Source: Spirochaetia bacterium
Lineage (GTDB): Bacteria > Spirochaetota > Spirochaetia > CAKZLE01
Direction: 5' to 3'
DNA length: 64,000 nucleotides
Assembly (NCBI GenBank): GCA_963677595.1
Contig: OY782041.1
Location: forward strand, 3,456,001 to 3,520,000
In this document: positions 28,698-38,836 of the stretch, piece by piece
How the letters are laid out: each line of letters begins with the position of its first letter
How positions within the stretch are numbered: the first letter of the stretch is position 1
Made by a program: the position numbers and the translations under genes
Notes under the pieces: generated by a model
Told to the model about the DNA's origin: nothing
Database searches by the model: none
Seen by the model: the letters and a program-made list of their open reading frames with translations, nothing else

Positions 28698-28980
28698 TGG
28701 CTGGTGTTCCTCCTTAAGCAGTATTGCCAGTGAGATACAGTTCACCCGGAATCCCGGATGAGGTCTAACATATCATATCCTGTACCGGCGTATCGCCGTG
28801 ACAGGAGCTGTTTTGTAACGTTCTTGGAAGCTGCTCCTCAGGAATATCCTCTTTCAGAATCTTCCTGGAGATGGTATTCTATCATTCGCCTTATCAGTAT
28901 AATCCAGCAGTAGTGACTTTACTACATCTTTTGTTGTATTGTATAAAAATTTAAGAGTTTTGGCAAGATGGGGTGTTTTC

Positions 28981-28994
28981 TGTATATTTATGCA
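28981..28994. promoter_or_regulatory. ARG-box-like site in the divergent gltA/SDR promoter region
   Basis: TGTATATTTATGCA; a weaker TGTATAAAAATTTA lies at 28940. Confidence 0.45.
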
Positions 28995-29019
28995 AAAAAC
29001 ATACTCTTAAGGAGGGTGT

Positions 29020-29841
29020 ATGGGGAAGATTCACTGGGGAACGGTCTACATCACGGGTGGATCGAGCGGGATCGGGTTCGCTATCGCCCGACGGGTCATC
29101 TCAGAGGGCGGGAACGTCGTGCTCTTCGCCCGGAACCAGGCAAGGCTGGAGCAAGCCCGTAGTGAACTCGGTGAGCAGTGCAGTATTCTTCCCCTCGATA
29201 TTTCCTCCACCGATGAGATCACGAAGGTGATCGATGATGCCGTGACTCAGATAGGTCCCCCTGATACCCTCATCAACTGTGCCGGGATGTCATACCCGGA
29301 CCACTTCCACCAGATGGACCTTTCAGTCATGCTCAAGACGATCCAAACGAACCTCGTCGGGACTATCGCAGTCACGAGGTCGGTCCTCCCATCCATGCAA
29401 GAGGGAGGCTGCATCGTGAATGTCTCTTCTATCGCCGGATTCGTCGGTACCTACGGGTATACAGCCTACAGCGCCTCGAAGTTCGGCATCATCGGGTTCT
29501 CACAGGCTCTGCGGAATGAACTGCGGCCTGAGGGGATACGGGTCTCCGTGCTCTGTCCTCCGGACACGGATACCCCGCAGCTCACGCAGGAGAACAAGAC
29601 GAAACCCCCAGAGACCTTTGCGATCTCCGGGAATGCCAAGCTGATGAGTGCTGATGCGGTCGCTGCCGCGATGGTGCATGGGGTGAAGAGGAATCGGTTC
29701 CTGATCATACCGGGGATATCAGGGAAGCTGATCTACCTGGTGAACCAGCTGGCTCCCGGGATCGTCCGCATGGTGATGGACTCGACCGTGCGGGCGACTC
29801 GGAAGAAAGAAGGGATTACGCGAAGATTCCTGAAGCGCTGA
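29020..29841 (+). CDS. SDR family oxidoreductase, KDSR (3-ketodihydrosphingosine reductase)-like
   Basis: TGGSSGIG, NCAG, YSASK catalytic motif, PPDTDTP. Confidence 0.85.
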   Translation: MGKIHWGTVYITGGSSGIGFAIARRVISEGGNVVLFARNQARLEQARSELGEQCSILPLDISSTDEITKVIDDAVTQIGPPDTLINCAGMSYPDHFHQMDLSVMLKTIQTNLVGTIAVTRSVLPSMQEGGCIVNVSSIAGFVGTYGYTAYSASKFGIIGFSQALRNELRPEGIRVSVLCPPDTDTPQLTQENKTKPPETFAISGNAKLMSADAVAAAMVHGVKRNRFLIIPGISGKLIYLVNQLAPGIVRMVMDSTVRATRKKEGITRRFLKR

Positions 29842-30715
29842 GACGGTCGATCGCCTGGATCAACGCCTGTGTCCCGTCAGTCCCATGCCCGGAAGCCTGG
29901 ACTGCCAGGTAGAGCTGGTGCACCAGGGCAAGGCCGGGAAGGGATAGTCCCATGTTCTGGGCCTCTTCGAGTGCGATCCCCATATCCTTGATGAAGTGGT
30001 CTACGAAGAATCCCGGTGCGAAATCCTTTTTGATGACCCTTGGGGCCAGGTTATCAAGGGTCCAGCAGCCTGCAGCACCCTTGCTGATCGTGGAGACCAT
30101 GGTCGCCACGTCAAGGCCTGCCTTGTAGCCGTAGAGCAGCGCCTCGCTGACCCCGATCATGGTGCCCGCGATGGTGATCTGGTTGCACATCTTGGTGTGC
30201 TGTCCGGCTCCGGCTTTCCCTTCGAAGACGATGTTCTTTCCCATGAGCTCGAAGAGCGGGAGCACATCATCGAAGATCTCCTTCTCCCCGCCGGCCATGA
30301 TCGCAAGCCGGGCTTCCCGTGCACCGACATCCCCCCCTGATACCGGGGCATCGATGAAGTGCGCGCCTGCCTCAGCAGCCTTCACGGCGATGCTCTCGGC
30401 GAGGGACGGTTTGGTCGTGGTCATGTCGATCAGGATAGTTCCTGCCTTCACGGCAGAGGTGAGCTCGTTATAGACGTCCTCGACATCTTTCGGGTACCCG
30501 ATGATGGTGAAGATGACATCAGCCTGCTCGGCTACTGCCGCAGGGGAGTCTGCCCAGACGGCTCCCGCATCAAGCAGGGGCTGCGCCTTGGCCGCAGTCC
30601 GGTTGTGGACGACAGCCTTGTAGCCTGCATCCATAAGGTGCTGGCACATCCATCGTCCCATGACTCCGGTACCGATCCAGCCGATCGTATGTGTTGAAGG
30701 GGTGATTGTTCCCAT
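29816..30715 (-). CDS. NAD(P)-dependent beta-hydroxyacid dehydrogenase (3-hydroxyisobutyrate dehydrogenase family)
   Basis: IGWIGTGVMG, DAPVSGG, GQHTKMCNQI, HFIKDM. Confidence 0.92.
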   Translation of the reverse strand: MGTITPSTHTIGWIGTGVMGRWMCQHLMDAGYKAVVHNRTAAKAQPLLDAGAVWADSPAAVAEQADVIFTIIGYPKDVEDVYNELTSAVKAGTILIDMTTTKPSLAESIAVKAAEAGAHFIDAPVSGGDVGAREARLAIMAGGEKEIFDDVLPLFELMGKNIVFEGKAGAGQHTKMCNQITIAGTMIGVSEALLYGYKAGLDVATMVSTISKGAAGCWTLDNLAPRVIKKDFAPGFFVDHFIKDMGIALEEAQNMGLSLPGLALVHQLYLAVQASGHGTDGTQALIQAIDRLSASGIFA

Positions 30716-30825
30716 TGGTTCCTCCATGTTCAATATGAATCTTTATATATGATATATAATATACAAAAACCAAGGTTGTGGCAAAAGGCAGAAAGCCGTT
30801 TGGTGTGAATCTTTGGTAAAAACAA

Positions 30826-30875
30826 GGGGATTGCCTTTTGGCAATCCCCCGGGGACTGCCTACCAAGCAGTCCCC
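30826..30875 (-). terminator. Tandem hairpins terminating argG
   Basis: GGGGATTGCC-TTTT-GGCAATCCCC and GGGGACTGC-CTACCAA-GCAGTCCCC; TTGTTTTT follows on the minus strand. Confidence 0.75.
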
Positions 30876-30910
30876 TCACATCAAATGCTACGCATGTAAG
30901 CTTTCTTGAA

Positions 30911-32161
30911 TTATGCCTTTCTCCAGTTGTAGGGACCGGTCTTCCTCAGGACCACGTTGTGGGCCTGGAGTCTCATACCGTTGATGTTGATGAATCCCTT
31001 GCAGTCGATCGGGTTGTATCCGCCCTCGACCTCCATGCTGGAGAGGTCCTGGTTGTAGAGGGAGGTAGGGGAGGTCCTTCCGATAGTCATGATGTTCCCC
31101 TTGTAGAGGGCGAGCTTCACTTCACCGGTGATGTCCTCCTGGCTCTTGTAGATCGCGCTGAGGATGAAGTCCATCTCAGGGGAGAACCACAGGCCGTTGT
31201 AGATGAGCTCAGCGAACTTCGGGATGAACATGTCCCTGAGGTGCATGACCTCCTTGTCCATGGCAACGCCTTCCAAGTCCCTGTGAGCTTCCCAGAGGAT
31301 CGTACCTCCCGGAGTCTCGTATACACCCCTCGACTTCAGGCCGACGTACCGGTTCTCAACCATGTCGATCCTACCGATGGCGTTCTCGCCGCCTACCTTG
31401 TTGAGGTAGAGGAAGAGCTCGAGGGGATCGGTCATGACCGTACCGTCATTCTCGTTGACGAGCTTGACCGGGAGTCCGTCCTTGAAGGTGATGCTTAAGA
31501 TCGTCTCCTCATCAGGGGCGTCCTTGGGGGACTTCGTCAGGGAGAACACGTCCTCAGGACACCTCATGGCGGGGTCTTCCAGGATACCGGCCTCGTGGCT
31601 GATATGCAGGAGGTTCTCATCCTCGCTGTAGGGTTTTGACTTGGAAGCCTTGATCGGGATGTTGTACTTGTCGGCATAGGCGATCAGGTCGGTCCTTCCC
31701 TTGAACTGCTCGAGGAACTCCTCGTCCTTCCAGGGTGCGATGATCTGCACGTCCGGCATCAGGGCATAGAACCCGAACTCGAACCGTACCTGGTCGTTAC
31801 CCTTTCCGGTAGCACCGTGTGAGACGTATTTCGTTCCCTCTTTCTTAGCGATTTCTATATGGCGTTTGGCGATGAGCGGCCGTGCGATAGAGGTCCCGAG
31901 CAGGTACCTGCCTTCGTAGATCGCATTTCCCTGCATTGCCGGGAAGATGTAATCGGTAACCAGTTCCTCTTTGAGGTCTTCGACATATACCTTGGATGCA
32001 CCAGTCGCGTATGCCTTCTCCTCGATGGCCTTGAAATCTTCGTTCTGACCAACGTCAGCAACATACGCGATCACGTCGAACCCCTTGTTGTCCAGCCATT
32101 TCAGGATAACAGAGGTATCAAGACCGCCGCTGTATGCCAGGATAATCTTCTCTTTCTTCAT
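30911..32161 (-). CDS. argG: Argininosuccinate synthase
   Basis: [41 protein letters not shown]. Confidence 0.98.
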   Translation of the reverse strand: MKKEKIILAYSGGLDTSVILKWLDNKGFDVIAYVADVGQNEDFKAIEEKAYATGASKVYVEDLKEELVTDYIFPAMQGNAIYEGRYLLGTSIARPLIAKRHIEIAKKEGTKYVSHGATGKGNDQVRFEFGFYALMPDVQIIAPWKDEEFLEQFKGRTDLIAYADKYNIPIKASKSKPYSEDENLLHISHEAGILEDPAMRCPEDVFSLTKSPKDAPDEETILSITFKDGLPVKLVNENDGTVMTDPLELFLYLNKVGGENAIGRIDMVENRYVGLKSRGVYETPGGTILWEAHRDLEGVAMDKEVMHLRDMFIPKFAELIYNGLWFSPEMDFILSAIYKSQEDITGEVKLALYKGNIMTIGRTSPTSLYNQDLSSMEVEGGYNPIDCKGFININGMRLQAHNVVLRKTGPYNWRKA

Positions 32162-32190
32162 CTCACTCACCTTCGCCTTGTTTGAGTTAT

Positions 32191-32286
32191 TCAATATTTA
32201 TGCATAAATACCTTGTATTCTGCATATAACTGTATAAATATGCAAAAACGGTAAAAATGTCAATGATATTTTTCAATATTTATACA
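32191..32286. promoter_or_regulatory. ARG boxes upstream of argG
   Basis: TCAATATTTATGCA (32191), TGTATAAATATGCA (32231), TCAATATTTATACA (32273). Confidence 0.7.
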
Positions 32287-32392
32287 AAAAAAGAGAATTA
32301 TCATGGATGAGGGACCTCCTGCGATTTTCCTTGACAGGAACGAGTATTTAGATGATTATCTAAATATAGAGCATAAGCTGTGTGGAGTGTAT

Positions 32393-33130
32393 ATGATAGC
32401 GTTGGATCATGTCTATAAGAGCTACAATAACGGGGCCGTCCAGGCCGTGAGCGATCTCTCCCTGACCGTGCCTGAAGGCGAGATCTTCGGGTTCCTCGGG
32501 CCGAACGGTGCCGGGAAGTCCACGACCATCAACATGATGATCGGGCTGCTCAGGCCTGATAGGGGCAGCATCGTCATGGACGGGCTGCAGGCGGGGAAGG
32601 ACCTGCTGCAGATCAAGCGGAAGATCGGCTACGTGGCTGACGAACCGGTCTTCTACGAGAAGATGACCGGGCTGCAGTTCATCCGGTTCATCTCCGATAT
32701 CTTCGAAGTTGCCCCGGAAGACCAGGGACAGCGGACTGCCGAACTGGCCGAACGGTTCGAGATCACCGATGCCCTCGGGGATGTGAGCTCCTCCTATTCC
32801 CATGGAATGAAGCAGAAGCTCGCGATCATCTCCGCCCTCGTGCATGACCCGGACATCTTCATCCTCGATGAACCGATGGTAGGCCTCGACCCGAGGGCTG
32901 CCTTCACCCTCAAGGAGATCATGCGTGAGTTGTGCGATGCCGGGAAGACTGTCTTCTTCTCCACCCATGTGATGGATGTGGCAGAGAGGCTGTGCGACCG
33001 GGTAGGGATCATCCGAAAGGGCAGGCTCGTAGCCTGCGATACCTTCGAGAACCTGCGGGGTGCCAGTGAGGCGACCCTCGAAGAGGTATTCCTGGAGTTG
33101 ACTGATGAAGCTGCTGATACTGCTCATTAA
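32393..33130 (+). CDS. ABC-2 type transporter ATP-binding protein
   Basis: GPNGAGKST, YSHGMKQK, ILDEPMVGLDP. Confidence 0.94.
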   Translation: MIALDHVYKSYNNGAVQAVSDLSLTVPEGEIFGFLGPNGAGKSTTINMMIGLLRPDRGSIVMDGLQAGKDLLQIKRKIGYVADEPVFYEKMTGLQFIRFISDIFEVAPEDQGQRTAELAERFEITDALGDVSSSYSHGMKQKLAIISALVHDPDIFILDEPMVGLDPRAAFTLKEIMRELCDAGKTVFFSTHVMDVAERLCDRVGIIRKGRLVACDTFENLRGASEATLEEVFLELTDEAADTAH

Positions 33131-34757
33131 GGCCCACCTGACCGGGAGTTCAGCGCTCTCACGCGGGAGGAGGGCAGAACTGAAGACCCAGAGGCAGCGG
33201 TGGCTCATCCCCGTCGCGGTCATCGGTATCGGGATGGCCATGGTCTCGCTGGGCTCGATGGAGGTCTCGATCTACCGGTCGCTCTATACCGTCGGGGAGA
33301 TGTTCGGCTACGGGGAGATCACGATACTCTTTGCCCTTGCCGCAAGCTGGGTCTTCATGTTCATCTTCTCCTTCATCTATGGGATCTCGATCCTCTTCCA
33401 GGCGAATGACCTGAGGCTGCTCATACCGCTGCCGGTAGGCAGCACCCTGCTGGTCTCCTCCCGGCTCGCTGTCGTCTATCTCTACATGATGGTCTGGAAC
33501 CTGCTCATCCTGCTGCCGGCCCTCATCGTGCAGGGCTTCATGGCAGGGGTGACCATCTGGTACGTGATCTATGCCATACTCCTCCTGCTCGTATCACCGG
33601 TCGTCCCCGTCCTCCTCTCCGCACTGCTGGGGACCCTGCTCGTCAGGACGACGGGTACTTTCCGCCATAAGACGCTCTACGAGGTCGCCGTCATGCTCAC
33701 CTCTCTCGCCGCGATCATCGGTCTGCAGTCGGTGCTCACCAGGATGAGCGTGGACCCGGATGCTTCCCTCCAGGTGATCTACACCTTCATAGACGGGCGC
33801 CTGGAATCGATCTATCACCGGCTGCCGCTCTTCGCGATCACTGCAGAGGGTGCCTTCACCACAGGCTGGCTGAAGGGACTGCTCGGCATGCTCATCATGG
33901 CTGCCTCAGGGGCAGTGCTGCTCCTGGTGATCTCCTTCCGGTACCGGGCCATCCTCTCGAACCAGGCCTCTACTGCCGCCTACAGCAGGAAACGGGGGAG
34001 ATCCCCGGCGCACGGCACGCCCGGCAGGCATCGCGGGATCTATCGGTCGCTTATGAGGAAGGAGTTCGATGTCATCGCATCCAACTCGACCTTCCTCATG
34101 GAGACGGTGATGCAGGTCTTCATCCTGCCGTTCCTGCTGATCATCTTCTATGTGACCGGTCAGCTCGGGGAAGTGTCGCAGTTCCTCGAGATGATCAGGG
34201 ACCTTCCGTACCTGGAACTGGCTGTCTTCGGGATACTGCTCCTCTTCGAGGCGCTGACCTCGGTCTCGTCCACGAGCATTTCACGGGAGGGGAAGCGGTT
34301 CGTGATCTCACGGCTGCTGCCGGTAGGGGTGAGGACCCATGTCTATGCCAAGATACTCTTCCAGTATGCGGTCTTCTTCCCGGTCTACCTGCTTTATATC
34401 ATAGGGATCTACCTGATCCTGCCGCTCGACGGGTCTGCCTTGGTATTCATCATTCCCGGAGGCCTGGTATCGGTCGCGCCCTGCGTCATGCTCGGGCTCT
34501 ACATCGACCTGAGGAGGCCGCTGCTGCAGTGGTCACATCCCCAGCAGGCGATGAAGCAGAACCTCAACGTGCTCTTCTCGATGGGGGTGAATATCGCGTA
34601 CCTGGCGCTGCTGGCAGGGATCGCAGCTGTAGGGCTCCTGGCAGGACTCCCGGTCGTGATCATAGGGCTCTCTCTCCTGGTGGTATCAGGGGGAGTAGTG
34701 ATCCTGCTGAGGGGAAGACTGCTGGAGGCGGCTGAGACCTGCTACAATCCGGCCTAA
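33105..34757 (+). CDS. Putative ABC-2 exporter permease
   Basis: Many TM segments, SISREG and P.L.W..PQQAMKQN motifs; overlaps the ATPase gene. Confidence 0.85.
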   Translation: MKLLILLIKAHLTGSSALSRGRRAELKTQRQRWLIPVAVIGIGMAMVSLGSMEVSIYRSLYTVGEMFGYGEITILFALAASWVFMFIFSFIYGISILFQANDLRLLIPLPVGSTLLVSSRLAVVYLYMMVWNLLILLPALIVQGFMAGVTIWYVIYAILLLLVSPVVPVLLSALLGTLLVRTTGTFRHKTLYEVAVMLTSLAAIIGLQSVLTRMSVDPDASLQVIYTFIDGRLESIYHRLPLFAITAEGAFTTGWLKGLLGMLIMAASGAVLLLVISFRYRAILSNQASTAAYSRKRGRSPAHGTPGRHRGIYRSLMRKEFDVIASNSTFLMETVMQVFILPFLLIIFYVTGQLGEVSQFLEMIRDLPYLELAVFGILLLFEALTSVSSTSISREGKRFVISRLLPVGVRTHVYAKILFQYAVFFPVYLLYIIGIYLILPLDGSALVFIIPGGLVSVAPCVMLGLYIDLRRPLLQWSHPQQAMKQNLNVLFSMGVNIAYLALLAGIAAVGLLAGLPVVIIGLSLLVVSGGVVILLRGRLLEAAETCYNPA

Positions 34758-35179
34758 AACACCGGGACGAGGGTCTCTGAGATGGTATCGGGATTCCCCC
34801 GGGTGAGCACATCGGTATCCCCGGCACTCTGGTAGATGGCTGTCTCGCCCTCGTAGACGGCGATCCGCACGACATACCGGCCGAACGGCTGGATATCAGC
34901 CTGATCGAACCTGAGGAGGAAGTTGATCCGGCTCTTGTTCGGGTTCTTGATGATCTGCTTCGAGAGCTGGATCTCCTCGTCCCCGGCCACCGTCACATCC
35001 AGTAACCGGATCTCAAGGGCGATCCCGGTCTTCAGGACGACGGACTCGTCCATAATGATCGAACCGGTGATCGGCTTGTAGGAGAGCTGCTCGAGCTCTT
35101 CCGGCGAGGAGGTGCAGCCGGCGGCGAGTACTGCGGCGAGAATGATGAGAATGTAGAAATACGATCTCCTGGTACTCAT
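34754..35179 (-). CDS. YbaY family lipoprotein
   Basis: Lipobox LAAGC; ITGSI...LEIRLLDVTVA...DVLTRGNP. Confidence 0.75.
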   Translation of the reverse strand: MSTRRSYFYILIILAAVLAAGCTSSPEELEQLSYKPITGSIIMDESVVLKTGIALEIRLLDVTVAGDEEIQLSKQIIKNPNKSRINFLLRFDQADIQPFGRYVVRIAVYEGETAIYQSAGDTDVLTRGNPDTISETLVPVF

Positions 35180-35310
35180 GCTACTAGCATAGTACCCTAT
35201 ATCAGATCTTTTTCCTATATCTATCTTTTTGAATCAGTGGTATTGACTTTCAATGGCTAATGGTATAAAAACATAATTGTAACTATAACAACTTAATGAG
35301 GGAGAATCCA

Positions 35311-35859
35311 ATGAAGCAGTTTATTTGTACCGTCTGCGGGTATATCCATGAAGGGGATACACCGCCTGAGTTCTGTCCGCAGTGCAAGGCACCGGCAGAG
35401 AAGTTCATCGAGAAGGTCGCTGACCAGAAGCTGGTATGGGCCGATGAGCATCGGGTAGGGATCGCCAAGGACCTGGACATCGAAGTGGTGAAAGGCCTCC
35501 AGGAGAACTTCATGGGCGAATGTACCGAAGTCGGTATGTACCTTGCCATGAGCCGCCAGGCAGACCGGGAAGGGTATCCAGAGGTTGCTGAAGCGTATAA
35601 GAGGATCGCGTTCGAAGAGGCTGAGCATGCTTCGAAGTTCGCTGAGCTCCTCGGAGAGGTCGTCACAGCCAGCACCGAGAAGAACCTGCAGATGCGTGTC
35701 GATGCTGAGTTCGGTGCCTGCGAAGGCAAGCTCGCACTGGCAAAGCTCGCAAAGAAGCTCGACTATGATGCTGTCCATGACACCGTACACGAGATGTGCA
35801 AGGACGAGGCTCGTCATGGTGCTGCGTTCAAGGGACTCCTTGACAGATACTTCGGTTAA
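35311..35859 (+). CDS. rbr: Reverse rubrerythrin / NADH peroxidase
   Basis: N-terminal rubredoxin CTVCG...CPQC, then di-iron EEAEH and DEARH motifs. Confidence 0.95.
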   Translation: MKQFICTVCGYIHEGDTPPEFCPQCKAPAEKFIEKVADQKLVWADEHRVGIAKDLDIEVVKGLQENFMGECTEVGMYLAMSRQADREGYPEVAEAYKRIAFEEAEHASKFAELLGEVVTASTEKNLQMRVDAEFGACEGKLALAKLAKKLDYDAVHDTVHEMCKDEARHGAAFKGLLDRYFG

Positions 35860-35971
35860 TAGTATTACGTACTGAGTCGAAACAAACGGGGCTGTGTTCT
35901 CTAGCGGGACACAGTCTCTACTCGTTTCCCGCTCAATGTGCGGGAACATCGTCAATGTGAAGGAGTCTACC

Positions 35972-36397
35972 ATGTCGAACGAACAGGTGATCGGTATCCT
36001 GCAGGAACACGGTATCAAGCCGTCCTACCAGCGGATCAAGATCTATGAATATCTGATCTCGAAGAAGAACCACCCCACAGCCGATATGATCTACAGAGAC
36101 CTCGCTCCCGGGATCCCGACACTCTCGAAGACCACGGTCTACAACACCCTGAAGCTCTTCGACAGCGTGAATGTGGTCCAGAAGATCATGATCGAGGACA
36201 ATGAGGTGCGGTTCGATGCCGATATCCTCACCCACGGCCACTTCAAGTGCCTCGCCTGCGGAGAGATCTTCGATTTCCCTGTCAGGAAGGGGTCGATCGA
36301 CTATGCCCTCTCAGAAGGGTTCGAGATCGAGCATGAACACATCTACTGCACCGGCTATTGCCCGGAGTGTGCGGAACCGGTCTCAAAGAGTTCCTGA
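35972..36397 (+). CDS. perR: Fur family regulator, PerR-like
   Basis: HPTAD, TTVYNTL, HGHFKCLAC, CPEC; lies next to rubrerythrin. Confidence 0.85.
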   Translation: MSNEQVIGILQEHGIKPSYQRIKIYEYLISKKNHPTADMIYRDLAPGIPTLSKTTVYNTLKLFDSVNVVQKIMIEDNEVRFDADILTHGHFKCLACGEIFDFPVRKGSIDYALSEGFEIEHEHIYCTGYCPECAEPVSKSS

Positions 36398-36441
36398 TAC
36401 CAGCGGTATGGTCCCTGCATACCGCTGAATCTTCCCCCCCC

Positions 36442-37851
36442 CTAGAATACCAGCGACCCGCTGAAGGTGATCGAAGGTCCTGCAATATCCCCGAGTCCCT
36501 CGAGTGCTGTCTCGACCTGTCCGGATCCAGGGTCTGACATCTCCCCGAGTATCGCTTCCGCCAGGAGTGCCGGCATCGAGCAGGCAAGGTCGAACCTGGC
36601 GACGAGCAGCCGTGCCCCTGCCCCGAAAGAGAGCGTTCCCGTACTGAAGTCAATCATCTCACTGACTGAGAGGTCCTCGAGCTTACCCGCCAGATCCTGG
36701 CTGTACCCGGCCCGTACGGCAGCTGTGAGCCAGTCTGCCAGCTGCAGTCCCAATTCAGCTCCAAGATGGAGCGACCGCCCTTCATCATCGCCGAAGCGGT
36801 GTATATCGGCAGCGACGAGGAGGTTGAGCAGGTCCTCATCGAAGTCCTGCTTCCGCCTGTTCGACTCATAGGCGATACCAAGGTCGAGCTGTTTCATGGC
36901 TGTCTCGACCGGTGTCTCCCCATCCGCAATGATCGTGCCCAAGTCGCTGAGTGAAGCACCTACGGTGAGTGAGCCCAGGCTGATCATGGTCCCGGCACCG
37001 AAGGTGAGGGAGGTATGGGTATCAGCCCCATCGAAGAGCGCACCGGTGAGTGCCTCGATGGTGATCTCTTCAGGGTCGCTCATGCCGAAGGTCTCGGCGA
37101 TCAGTTGATTGTAGGACGTGAAATCTGCGAACTCGGGTGTCTCGATGCCTACCGTTGCCGTGCGGGTGTAGTCAGCATTGATGCCGAGCGAGATCGGCCC
37201 GAACCGTCTGGCCAGTGCCGCGGCTGCAGATCGTTCACTCGAGATGCTGATCTCGTCAGCTCTCTCCGGAGTGCCGAGGATGCTGATGCCCTGCTCGAAG
37301 GAGAAGCCGACCCCATGGTTGACGTAGGTGACGTTGGGTGCTGCCTGCAGGGAGAGCAGTGCGGTATCGAGCAGGTCAAGGACTGAGACGAGGTCATACC
37401 AGCTGGTGACCTCTCCAAGATCCTCACACGAGATCGTCGACCCGTCGGAGGAGAAGCCCAGGTCCGTGAGGACCGAGGTGAAGCTCAAGCCTGCGTTCTC
37501 GCCTTCCTGGATGAGGAACTTACCCTCGCCATCGACCAGGTCGTCAAAGATGCCGCCGGTAGACGGGTCATACCTGAGCTGGAAGGGAATGATACCGCCG
37601 AGTTCTGCTACTTCAGGCAGGGTGTAATCGAGGAGGGCAGCTGACGGCTGGATGCCGGCAGAAGAGGAGATGACGAGTTCCATATCCTCGATGAAGCCGA
37701 GGCCTGCCGGGTTGGCAAGGATCGTGTTCGCATCATCGCCGATGGCGGTAAAGGCCCCGCCCATTGCCGCATACCTGGCATCTTTGGCATGAAGGGCCTG
37801 CATCGAGATGATTAACGAGATGCACAGGAGCAGGGACAGCTGCTTTCTCAT
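36442..37851 (-). CDS. Outer-membrane beta-barrel protein (FadL/TraF-like N-terminus)
   Basis: Signal peptide, ARYAAMGGAFTAIGDDANTILANPAGL, amphipathic strands and a terminal Phe. Confidence 0.6.
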   Translation of the reverse strand: MRKQLSLLLCISLIISMQALHAKDARYAAMGGAFTAIGDDANTILANPAGLGFIEDMELVISSSAGIQPSAALLDYTLPEVAELGGIIPFQLRYDPSTGGIFDDLVDGEGKFLIQEGENAGLSFTSVLTDLGFSSDGSTISCEDLGEVTSWYDLVSVLDLLDTALLSLQAAPNVTYVNHGVGFSFEQGISILGTPERADEISISSERSAAAALARRFGPISLGINADYTRTATVGIETPEFADFTSYNQLIAETFGMSDPEEITIEALTGALFDGADTHTSLTFGAGTMISLGSLTVGASLSDLGTIIADGETPVETAMKQLDLGIAYESNRRKQDFDEDLLNLLVAADIHRFGDDEGRSLHLGAELGLQLADWLTAAVRAGYSQDLAGKLEDLSVSEMIDFSTGTLSFGAGARLLVARFDLACSMPALLAEAILGEMSDPGSGQVETALEGLGDIAGPSITFSGSLVF

Positions 37852-37969
37852 ACAAGACTCCGGTAACTATCTACTTACTACTCAACCTGTTACAAACGGT
37901 ATAGGAGAAATGGCCACTTGTAAAGGGTTTTTTAGTGACGAAGTACCGATTTCCCGGTACTATGAGACC

Positions 37970-38836
37970 ATGAGAATGAAGAAAGGATCCGTGAACCAGC
38001 TCTCAGACATCCCCGGGATAGGGGACTTCCTCGATATAGCCGTACCGGGGATGGATAGGAATGCCTACCTCCAGTGCGACAGCCGTATGGATTTCCATGA
38101 CGGGATCGCCAACTACTTCGCCTGGTACCAGGGACGAAAGCTCATCAGCCTCCTCACCATGTTCACCCCCTGGGAGAAGACGGCGGAGGTCTCGGCAATG
38201 ACCCTGCCGGACCATAGGCGGGAAGGTCTGTTCGGCAGGCTGTACGAGACGGCAAAAGAGGAACTGCTCCGTTTCGGCTATGAGTCGCTCCTGCTGGTGG
38301 AGTCGAGCCTCATCACCACGGGGTTCTCCCTGCCGGGCAGCCTCGGTCTGAAGAAGGAGCACTCTGAATACCAGCTGGTCTATGAGAAGGGTGCCTCTGC
38401 CGTCTCTGCCGACCCTGGAACACTGACGGTCAGGAGGGGGGAGCCTGCTGACAGGGAGCTGCTGCTGGATCTGAATCAGAAGATATTCCCCGGGGATGCC
38501 GCGACCTCGGCTCATATCATAGACACGACCCTTGCCGATGAGACCCGGGAGTTCTACCTCTGCTTCGCCAACGGGACGCCGGTAGGCATCTGTGCGGCGG
38601 CTTTCGCCGACAAGGTCTACCTCTACAGCATCGGGATCAGCCCCGAACGTCAGGGCCAGGGCTATGGGAAGGGGTTCCTCCATCTGGTCTTGGACCTGCT
38701 GTCCCCACGGGGGTTTGTCATATCGCTCGAGGCGGACAGTGATAATGAACGGGCTCTTCGCCTCTACCGGGGCGCGGGGTTCGTCGATGCCCTGGAATAC
38801 CGGTTCTACCGGGTACCCTTGAAGGAGGAACAGTGA
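37970..38836 (+). CDS. Tandem GNAT N-acetyltransferase
   Basis: Two acetyl-CoA motifs (PDHRREGLF, PERQGQGYG) and NERALRLYRGAGF. Start placed at ATG 37970. Confidence 0.88.
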   Translation: MRMKKGSVNQLSDIPGIGDFLDIAVPGMDRNAYLQCDSRMDFHDGIANYFAWYQGRKLISLLTMFTPWEKTAEVSAMTLPDHRREGLFGRLYETAKEELLRFGYESLLLVESSLITTGFSLPGSLGLKKEHSEYQLVYEKGASAVSADPGTLTVRRGEPADRELLLDLNQKIFPGDAATSAHIIDTTLADETREFYLCFANGTPVGICAAAFADKVYLYSIGISPERQGQGYGKGFLHLVLDLLSPRGFVISLEADSDNERALRLYRGAGFVDALEYRFYRVPLKEEQ

